From assembly GCA_016213935.1 (NCBI GenBank), contig JACQZG010000011.1, positions 805 to 64,804 on the forward strand: DNA of 64,000 nucleotides. Direction: 5' to 3'. Below, one piece after another: positions 37,140 to 44,135 of the stretch (positions within the stretch are counted from its first letter, which is position 1; each line of letters opens with the position of its first letter). The translations under genes and the position numbers were made by a program. The notes beneath the pieces were generated by a model, which was given only the letters and a program-made list of their open reading frames with translations, was not told the DNA's origin and searched no databases. The DNA comes from Nitrospirota bacterium (GTDB lineage Bacteria > Nitrospirota > Thermodesulfovibrionia > UBA6902).

Positions 37140-38189
37140 ATGGCATTTAAAGATATCATCGGGCAGGAAAACGCCCTGAACATACTCAAAGGCCTCATCG
37201 CGAAAGGCCGCGTGCCTCACGCCCTCCTCTTCGCCGGAGAAGAAGGGATAGGGAAAAAACTTGCCGCAATAAATTTCGCCAAGGCACTTAATTGCCGCGG
37301 AAAGGTTAAGGGTATTGACTCCTGCGGCGCCTGCCCTTCGTGCGTAAAGATAAATAAACTTCTCAAGCCTGAAACGCTCATTACAGCCGGGGAAGGCGAC
37401 GATAACCTGAAAGAAAAGATATACATGAGCCATCCTGACACCGCGCTTATTCTTCCATATAAGAACGAAATCAGGATCAAAATAATAAGAACTCTCGAGG
37501 AGCATCTCTCATACAAGCCTTTTGAGGGAAACTATAAAATAGCGATAATAGATAACTCGGATGAGATGAACAATGAAACGTCGAACGCCTTTCTCAGCAC
37601 CCTCGAGGCGCCTGCGGCAAAAAGTATCATAATACTCGTCTCCTCAAAACCAGGCATCCTTCTTCCGACCATCCGATCGAGGTGCCAGCAGGTCTTTTTT
37701 TCGCCTCTCCCGCTTAAGAAGATGGAGGAGCTTCTCAGGGAAAAAGTCAAAGGGCTTGATGATGAAAAGCTTTTTCTCCTTAGCGCGGTTTCCGGCGGGA
37801 GAATTGGATACGCCATAACTGAAGGCCTGATAGAAAAGAGGGATTCGCTTCTGGAAAAGTTTCTCCTTATGACGGGCAATCCGGGCAAAGAGATATGGGA
37901 GGAGAGGGAAGAGATGGAGGAGTGGTTTGAATGGTGCCAGCTCTGGCTGAGGGATATCGCCGTGCTTAAAGCATCAGGCGGAACAGGCCTCCTGATAAAC
38001 AGGGACAAAAGAGAAGAGATGGAGGGGCTTGCATCAGGCGCGTCACTGAAAAATATAATTGAATTGTCAGAAGGGCTGAACAAGATAAAGCGGGTTCTTG
38101 ACCGGAACCTTAACATCGCAATCACGGTCAATCACACAAGCATGCTCATGAGGAAGATGCTCGGGAGGCAGAATGTCAGAGATAACTGA
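37140..38189 (+). CDS. holB: DNA polymerase III delta' subunit
   Basis: HALLFAGEEGIGK, Zn module CGACPSCVKI, SRCQ sensor motif. Confidence 0.85.
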   Translation: MAFKDIIGQENALNILKGLIAKGRVPHALLFAGEEGIGKKLAAINFAKALNCRGKVKGIDSCGACPSCVKINKLLKPETLITAGEGDDNLKEKIYMSHPDTALILPYKNEIRIKIIRTLEEHLSYKPFEGNYKIAIIDNSDEMNNETSNAFLSTLEAPAAKSIIILVSSKPGILLPTIRSRCQQVFFSPLPLKKMEELLREKVKGLDDEKLFLLSAVSGGRIGYAITEGLIEKRDSLLEKFLLMTGNPGKEIWEEREEMEEWFEWCQLWLRDIAVLKASGGTGLLINRDKREEMEGLASGASLKNIIELSEGLNKIKRVLDRNLNIAITVNHTSMLMRKMLGRQNVRDN

Positions 38190-39204
38190 AAACACGGAAG
38201 CAGAGAGAAGCCAGACAGCGGTTGTGCATGTCAAATTCAAGACTGGGAGCCGGATATCCCTGCTACAGATAGATGATATAGACGCAAAAGCAGGCTCATG
38301 CGTTGTCGCAGAATCAGACATAGGCCTCACTCTCGCAACCATCCTGACCCCTAAAGAAATAATCGAGAAGACAAAGGAGCCGCTTAAAAAAGTCATACGG
38401 ATCGCGACTGAGGAGGATATCAGAACCGATGAATCGAACAGGCCTTTTGAATCAGATGCGAAGAATTACTGCGTCAGCAAAGCTAAGGAATACAAACTGC
38501 AGATGAAGGTTGTGAAGACAGAATCAACGCTTGACAGGAAAAAACTTATTTTTTACTTCACGGCTGACAACCGCGTTGATTTCAGGGAGCTTGTCAGAGA
38601 CCTTGCGTCAAAGTTCAAAACCCGCATAGAGATGAGGCAGATAGGCGTGAGGGACGAGGTGAAACTTATAGGCGGCATAGGCGTATGCGGAAGCGAGACA
38701 TGCTGCAGCAGGTTCCTTACGCACTTTGAGCCGATATCAATAAGGATGGCAAAAAAGCAGGAACTTTCCATCAATCAGGGGAAGCTTTCGGGAATATGCG
38801 GAAGGCTCATGTGCTGCCTCAACTATGAGATAGACGAATCGGCGAGGAAAAAGAAAAAAGCCAGGTTTGAAGATGATAAAATGGATTCCTATGTGGTTGA
38901 GCACGCTGTTGAAACAGAGGCCGAGAGCATTGATTCAGCCTTAGAAACAGGCGTAGTGATTCAGGAGGAGACAGCAGAGGAGCCGGCTTCCGAAGAGGCA
39001 AAGACGGTCGAAGAGACGACGGTAATAAAAGCGCCTGAAAAAACTTCTCAGCCGGAGCCTCCCCGTGAGGGAGGCATAACAGAAACAGCGGATGATAAGC
39101 AGAAAAAACCCGGGAGATTCTCCAACAAACGGAGGAAATTCTGGAAGAAGAAGAAAAAGATGCATGACAAAGGGGCTAATGACAAGCCGCCTGCGAATGA
39201 ATAA
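38173..39204 (+). CDS. PSP1 domain protein (YaaT/RicT-like) with a long acidic-then-basic C-terminal tail
   Basis: PSP1 core with GICGRLMCCLNYE; the conserved tmk-holB-yaaT neighbourhood. Confidence 0.8.
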   Translation: MSEITENTEAERSQTAVVHVKFKTGSRISLLQIDDIDAKAGSCVVAESDIGLTLATILTPKEIIEKTKEPLKKVIRIATEEDIRTDESNRPFESDAKNYCVSKAKEYKLQMKVVKTESTLDRKKLIFYFTADNRVDFRELVRDLASKFKTRIEMRQIGVRDEVKLIGGIGVCGSETCCSRFLTHFEPISIRMAKKQELSINQGKLSGICGRLMCCLNYEIDESARKKKKARFEDDKMDSYVVEHAVETEAESIDSALETGVVIQEETAEEPASEEAKTVEETTVIKAPEKTSQPEPPREGGITETADDKQKKPGRFSNKRRKFWKKKKKMHDKGANDKPPANE

Positions 39205-41152
39205 GAATAGATTTTATGTTACAACACCAATCTATTATGTAAACGATATCCCGCATATAGGACATGCGTACACGACGATCGCGGCCGATATCCTCGCAAG
39301 ATATCACCGCCTCAGGGGTGATGATGTCTTCTTCCTCACCGGCACTGATGAACATGGCCAGAAGGTAGAGCAGGCCGCAAAGGCAAAAGGGCTTTCCCCA
39401 AAAGAACATGCCAACATCATGGTTGAGAATTTCAAGTCCCTCTGGAAGTCACTTAATATCTCTAATGACAATTTCATAAGGACAACAGATTCCGGGCATA
39501 TAAAGATTGTGCAGGAGATTCTTCAGAAGCTTTATGATACAGGCGAGATTGAGAAAAGGTCATATGCGGGATGGTACTGCACGCCTTGTGAGCGGTTCTG
39601 GACGGAGAAAGACCTTGTTGAAGGGAACTGCCCTGACTGCGGAAGGCCGGTTGAAGAGATACAGGAGGAGAATTATTTCTTTTTGATGAGTAATTATAAG
39701 AATGATCTCATTGCCTATATAAAAAATAACCCAAACTATATCCTTCCGGAGAGCAGGAAGAACGAAGTTCTCGGTTTCCTCAGGACACAAGAACTTGGCG
39801 ACCTCTGCATCTCAAGGCCTAAATCAAGGCTCGCGTGGGGCATCCCTCTTCCCTTTGACGAAAACTTTGTGACCTATGTCTGGTTCGACGCTCTGGTGAA
39901 TTATTATTCGGCTACGAAGTATCTCGCGCCACCCCCCCATCCCCCCCTTGCTAAGGGGGGGCTAATGGGGGGTGACTGGTGGCCTGCTGACCATCATCTT
40001 GCCGGAAAAGACATACTGACCACCCACGCCGTTTACTGGTCAACAATGCTCATGGCGCTCGGATGGGAACTTCCGATAAATATCTTTGCGCACGGCTGGT
40101 GGACGGTTGACGGAAAGAAGATGTCAAAATCCCTCGGCAATGTCGTTGACCCTAATGAAATGGTTAAGAATTACGGGGCAGACGCCTTCAGATATTTTCT
40201 CTTAAGGGAAGTGCCGTTTGGGCTTGACGGGAACTTCTCTAAAGACGCTCTCGTAAACCGCGTTAATACTGACCTCGCTAATGACCTCGGGAATTTACTG
40301 AGCAGGTTTTTGACAATGGCTGAGAAGTTTTTTAACGGTGCTATTGAGAAACGAAATGCCGCGTCAGGAGATTATGTCAGAGAATGTATTAATGCGGCAT
40401 ATTCTATTCACCACGAACCTCAGAATTGGTCTCAGCTTCGCTTTAATCATATTCTTGACAGCATTTGGGATATCATCAGGGCAGCAAACAATCATATAGC
40501 GCAGACAGAACCCTGGAAGCTTGCCAAAAGTAATGAAGAATATCTTAAAGACGTCATGTTCGAACTCTGGAATGCGCTGAGGCTCTCCGCTGTTTCGCTT
40601 TATCCGTTTATGCCGGATACCGCAGAGAAGATGTGGAAGCAGCTTGGATTAAAGTCATTAACGGTAGAGGCAGGTGATTATAATATTTTCACATGGCAAT
40701 GGAAACCCGGATACGAGATAAAGATATCAAAAGGGGAACAGTTGTTCCCGAGAATAGAGGTGAAGAAAATGACAGCAGATACTACCCCCCCCGCTCCCCT
40801 CTTGGTAAGTGGGGATACAGAAGGCGCTAATTTAATCTCCATAGAAGACTTTGCAAAGGTTGAGCTTAAGATAGGCAAGGTGCTTCAGGCCGAGCGCGTG
40901 CCAAAATCAAACAAGCTCATAAAACTTCAGGTCGATACAGGAGAGATGAGGCAGGTTGTGGCCGGCATCGGACATGTATATGCTCCCGAAGATTTAACCG
41001 GCAAAAAGATCGCTGTGGCAACAAACCTGAAGCCCGCAAAGCTGATGGGAGTTGAATCACAGGGCATGCTCCTTGCCGCAACTGACAGCGACGGGGTGTT
41101 GTCAATACTTATGCCTGAAAAAGATGTGAAGGAAGGAGCGAAGATAAAGTAG
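39197..41152 (+). CDS. metG: methionine--tRNA ligase with a C-terminal Trbp111/EMAP-like tRNA-binding domain
   Basis: HIGH (PHIGHAYT) and KMSKS motifs. Start set at ATG 39197 (MNKNRFYVTTPIYY), which overlaps the PSP1 stop. The track ORF extends 35 codons upstream. Confidence 0.95.
   Translation: MNKNRFYVTTPIYYVNDIPHIGHAYTTIAADILARYHRLRGDDVFFLTGTDEHGQKVEQAAKAKGLSPKEHANIMVENFKSLWKSLNISNDNFIRTTDSGHIKIVQEILQKLYDTGEIEKRSYAGWYCTPCERFWTEKDLVEGNCPDCGRPVEEIQEENYFFLMSNYKNDLIAYIKNNPNYILPESRKNEVLGFLRTQELGDLCISRPKSRLAWGIPLPFDENFVTYVWFDALVNYYSATKYLAPPPHPPLAKGGLMGGDWWPADHHLAGKDILTTHAVYWSTMLMALGWELPINIFAHGWWTVDGKKMSKSLGNVVDPNEMVKNYGADAFRYFLLREVPFGLDGNFSKDALVNRVNTDLANDLGNLLSRFLTMAEKFFNGAIEKRNAASGDYVRECINAAYSIHHEPQNWSQLRFNHILDSIWDIIRAANNHIAQTEPWKLAKSNEEYLKDVMFELWNALRLSAVSLYPFMPDTAEKMWKQLGLKSLTVEAGDYNIFTWQWKPGYEIKISKGEQLFPRIEVKKMTADTTPPAPLLVSGDTEGANLISIEDFAKVELKIGKVLQAERVPKSNKLIKLQVDTGEMRQVVAGIGHVYAPEDLTGKKIAVATNLKPAKLMGVESQGMLLAATDSDGVLSILMPEKDVKEGAKIK
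39930..39974. repeat. 45-nt nested G/C palindrome in-frame in metG
   Basis: cacccccccat-CCCCCCCTT-gct-AAGGGGGGG-cta-atggggggtg; encodes PPPHPPLAKGGLMGG. Confidence 0.8.
40796..40814. repeat. related palindrome in the metG inter-domain linker
   Basis: CCCCTCTT-ggt-AAGTGGGG (7 of 8 pairs) preceded by a C-run; encodes part of TTPPAPLLVSGD. Confidence 0.5.
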
Positions 41153-41222
41153 GAAACCGGCAAAGTTTAAGTCTTCGCAAAGGCTTTATCATAGTATTTA
41201 AATCAGAAAGATAAAATTTAAC

Positions 41223-41669
41223 ATGACTGCGAGAATTGTCTCAATAAACATCAGCGATAAAAAGGGTGTCAGAAAAAAACCCGTGGATCAGGCTCTGATA
41301 AAAGAGAATTACGGAATTGAGGGCGACGGCCACGCCTCTGAAAAATGGCACAGGCAGGTAAGCCTGCTCGCGCTGGAGAGCATTAAGAAGATGCAGGAGA
41401 TGGGGCTGAAGGTCGGTCCCGGAGACTTTGCGGAGAACATAACAACAGAAGGCATTGACCTTCCGGTTCTGCCCATCGGCACAAAGATAACTATCGGTGA
41501 AAATGTAGAAGTTGAAGTGAGCCAAATAGGAAAGGTATGCCATGACAGGTGCGCCATTTATCATCAGGCGGGCGACTGCGTGATGCCCAAGGAAGGCATC
41601 TTTGTAAAAGCTCTGAAGGGCGGGGTGATAAAGAAGGGAGACGAAATAAAACTAAGAACTGAGAAGTAA
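41223..41669 (+). CDS. MOSC domain protein
   Basis: 148 aa; beta-barrel MOSC pattern (SINISDKKGVRKKP...RQVSLL...GENV...QIGKVCHDRC). Confidence 0.75.
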   Translation: MTARIVSINISDKKGVRKKPVDQALIKENYGIEGDGHASEKWHRQVSLLALESIKKMQEMGLKVGPGDFAENITTEGIDLPVLPIGTKITIGENVEVEVSQIGKVCHDRCAIYHQAGDCVMPKEGIFVKALKGGVIKKGDEIKLRTEK

Positions 41670-41724
41670 GAAATAGGAACTTATTTAGTTCTAACTTCCC
41701 AGTTTTCAGTTCTTACTTGAAGTC

Positions 41725-42204
41725 ATGATAACTGTTGCCATAGTCACATTAAGCGATAAAGGCTCAAGGGGCGAGCGTAAAGACGCGAGCGGCCCTGTCA
41801 TTGAAAAGATGCTGAAGAAGATTAATGCCAAAGTTGTCAGCTCCGATATTCTTCCCGATAAAAAGGCGTTGATAAAGAAGAAACTCCTTTCTTTATGCGG
41901 CAAGGTTGATCTCATCCTGACCACGGGCGGAACCGGCCTCTCTCCGGGAGATGTCACGCCTGATGCGACAAAGGAAGTTATCAAACAGGAGATACCCGGA
42001 ATTGCCGAGGCGATGCGAATGGAAGGGCTCAGGAAGACCTCCCGCTCAATGCTCTCAAGGGCTGTCGCAGGCGTAAGGGGCGAGACATTGATAATAAACC
42101 TGCCCGGAAGCCCGAAGGCCGTAAAAGAGAATCTTTCGGTGATCCTCGGCTGCCTTACTCACGCTATAGAAAAAATTCAGGGCTGCCAGAAAGAGTGCGG
42201 ATGA
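41725..42204 (+). CDS. mogA: molybdopterin adenylyltransferase MogA/MoaB family
   Basis: LILTTGGTGLSPGDVTPDAT and the LPGSP motif. Confidence 0.85.
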   Translation: MITVAIVTLSDKGSRGERKDASGPVIEKMLKKINAKVVSSDILPDKKALIKKKLLSLCGKVDLILTTGGTGLSPGDVTPDATKEVIKQEIPGIAEAMRMEGLRKTSRSMLSRAVAGVRGETLIINLPGSPKAVKENLSVILGCLTHAIEKIQGCQKECG

Positions 42205-42283
42205 GCCTCCATTATCGCGGACAGCGACTTTAGAAAAACCATTCAGGAAGACCCGCACTTATAAATTAAGGTAAAATAATATC

Positions 42284-43024
42284 GTGACTAATATAGGATA
42301 CATAGGAGCTTTTTTAGGCGGGGTGCTTTCATTCCTCTCGCCGTGCGTCCTTCCGCTCATCCCCTCTTATGTTTCATACATCACAGGGATATCATTTGAG
42401 GATTTCAAAACAGGCGACAAAGCGCATTCAAGGCATGTGAAGTTTGTCACCCTCTTTAATTCCCTCGCCTTTGTCACCGGCTTCTCAACCGTATTCATCC
42501 TCCTCGGCGTCTCGTCATCTTTTATAGGGAAATACCTCGCGTTTTACTATGACCAGATAAGGATAGCCGGCGGGATAATAGTAATCATATTCGGCCTCTA
42601 TGTGATGGGCTTAATCAAACTTAACTTCCTCTCCTCGGACCACCGCGTACACCTGAAGCACAAGCCGCATGGTTACGCAGGCTCATTCGTAGTGGGGCTG
42701 ACATTCGGCGCCGGATGGACCCCGTGCATCGGCCCCATTCTCGGCTCCATCCTTCTCGTGGCAAGCACGTCAGGCTCAGTGATGCAGGGCTTCAAACTCC
42801 TCGTGGTATATTCAATGGGGCTTGCGATACCCTTCCTCGCCACCTCTCTTGCGATGTCGGCATTCATAAGCCGTTACGGAAAGATACAGAAATACATGAG
42901 GCTTATAATGATACTGAGCGGGATATTGCTGATAGCCTTCGGCATAGTGCTTCTTACAGACAAGGTTTACCTGATACTCGGCTCAATCCCTGACCTCGGT
43001 CTTGAAGATATAATAACGCACTGA
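42284..43024 (+). CDS. ccdA: cytochrome c biogenesis thiol-disulfide transporter CcdA/DsbD-core family (GTG start)
   Basis: LSFLSPCVLPLIPSY and GWTPCIGPILG, with the two conserved Cys in TM helices. Confidence 0.85.
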   Translation: MTNIGYIGAFLGGVLSFLSPCVLPLIPSYVSYITGISFEDFKTGDKAHSRHVKFVTLFNSLAFVTGFSTVFILLGVSSSFIGKYLAFYYDQIRIAGGIIVIIFGLYVMGLIKLNFLSSDHRVHLKHKPHGYAGSFVVGLTFGAGWTPCIGPILGSILLVASTSGSVMQGFKLLVVYSMGLAIPFLATSLAMSAFISRYGKIQKYMRLIMILSGILLIAFGIVLLTDKVYLILGSIPDLGLEDIITH

Positions 43025-43051
43025 CCAAACAGCAAAACTTATATAACCAAG

Positions 43052-43231
43052 TCACTCTATGTTAAAGGTGGCAACCTCTTTCAGCCCCGGCAGATACTGC
43101 CCCACCGGAACGAGTTTCTTATTCTCTTTAACGCAGTCGATTATTATCGTCCATAGCTGGTTAAGCTCCTTCTTCTCTCTCTCGTTCTCAGGTATCATCT
43201 TAAGCAGTGTTCCTTCGAGTTCAATCTTCAT
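43052..43231 (-). CDS. unannotated 59-aa ORF (below the ORF-track cutoff)
   Basis: Hand translation gives MKIELEGTLLKMIPENEREKKELNQLWTIIIDCVKENKKLVPVGQYLPGLKEVATFNIE. A GAGGAGG SD lies 5 nt upstream of the ATG, and an extended -10 TGATATACT lies at 43270..43262. Confidence 0.45.
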   Translation of the reverse strand: MKIELEGTLLKMIPENEREKKELNQLWTIIIDCVKENKKLVPVGQYLPGLKEVATFNIE

Positions 43232-43284
43232 ATCTTCCTCCTCAGCAGCTTTTTTATTTTAAGTATATCATTGCGTCCTTCCTC

Positions 43285-43407
43285 TGTCATTTGAGCCTGC
43301 CTGTCTTGTCATACTGAGCCTGCGAAGTATCTCTACATGCTGTCATTTCGAGCCTGCCTGACGGCAGACCTTTTACCGTCATTCCCGAGGGCTGTAATAA
43401 GGAATCC
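43285..43407. repeat. tandem array of four degenerate TGTCAT-YYGAGCCTGC units (22-37 bp each)
   Basis: tgtcatttgagcctgcctgtct / tgtcatactgagcctgcgaagtatctctacatgc / tgtcatttcgagcctgcctgacggcagaccttttacc / gtcattcccgagggctgtaataaggaatcc. Confidence 0.75.
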
Positions 43408-43520
43408 ACTTCCATTTAATTCCTCTTTAAGAAAAAAAACATCCCAAGATGACTTACTAATGTTGTGATTGCTTTTTTTATGCTATGATTTCTTTGCTTA
43501 TATAATCCGAATAAACGAAT

Positions 43521-44090
43521 ATGCTCGAAGCCCTTACATTATCAACTGCCGTAGTGGCGCTTGCCGAAATGGGCGACAAGACGCAGCTCCTCTCTTTTGT
43601 GCTCGCGGCAAAGCTGAGGAAGAAGAAGGCCATCATAAGCGGCATCTTCTTTGCGACCCTTGCCAATCATTTCATCGCCGGCTCTTTGGGAGCATGGCTC
43701 GCAAGCCTTTTATCCCCGCAAACCCTTAAGTGGATTGTCGCCGTCTCTTTCTTCGTTTTCGGCGCATGGGCGCTCAAGCCCGATAAACTTGACGATGACA
43801 AGAAACTGCATGGAACAGGGGTATTTTTCACGACGCTCATCGCGTTCTTTCTTGTCGAAATGGGAGACAAGACACAACTCGCGACTGTCGCGCTTGCCGC
43901 GCGCTACAACTCCCTTGTCTCCGTGGTCTTCGGCACGACTCTGGGCATGATAATCGCGAATGCCCCTGCCGTCTGGATGGGCGAGGCGCTTGCTCACCGC
44001 GTCAACATGAAGGCCATGCGCATTGTAGCGGCAGGGTTATTCGTACTGCTCGGCATCCTGACCCTTTTAGCTCCTCTAAAGCAGGGCTGA
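43521..44090 (+). CDS. UPF0016 (GDT1/TMEM165) family cation transporter, probably Mn2+/Ca2+
   Basis: Two E-x-G-D-K-T motifs (AEMGDKTQL, VEMGDKTQL) in a 6-TM protein. Confidence 0.85.
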   Translation: MLEALTLSTAVVALAEMGDKTQLLSFVLAAKLRKKKAIISGIFFATLANHFIAGSLGAWLASLLSPQTLKWIVAVSFFVFGAWALKPDKLDDDKKLHGTGVFFTTLIAFFLVEMGDKTQLATVALAARYNSLVSVVFGTTLGMIIANAPAVWMGEALAHRVNMKAMRIVAAGLFVLLGILTLLAPLKQG

Positions 44091-44135
44091 TTTCGGCCGT
44101 TTCAAACTATCCTTTCGAACTGCTAAAATACGGGA

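Noticed and set aside
39092-39196. 35-codon N-terminal extension of metG in the ORF track
   Set aside because: It overlaps the PSP1 gene tail in another frame and is R/K/G-rich junk. The conserved MetRS N-terminus starts at ATG 39197.
43285-43407. CRISPR array
   Set aside because: The units are degenerate, of unequal length and directly abutting, with no unique spacers. There are no cas genes in the window.
43262-43520. Mn2+ (yybP-ykoY) riboswitch upstream of the UPF0016 transporter
   Set aside because: I searched by eye for the conserved GGGGAGUAG and GACC-containing cores on the plus strand and found none. The spacer is occupied by TGTCAT repeats.
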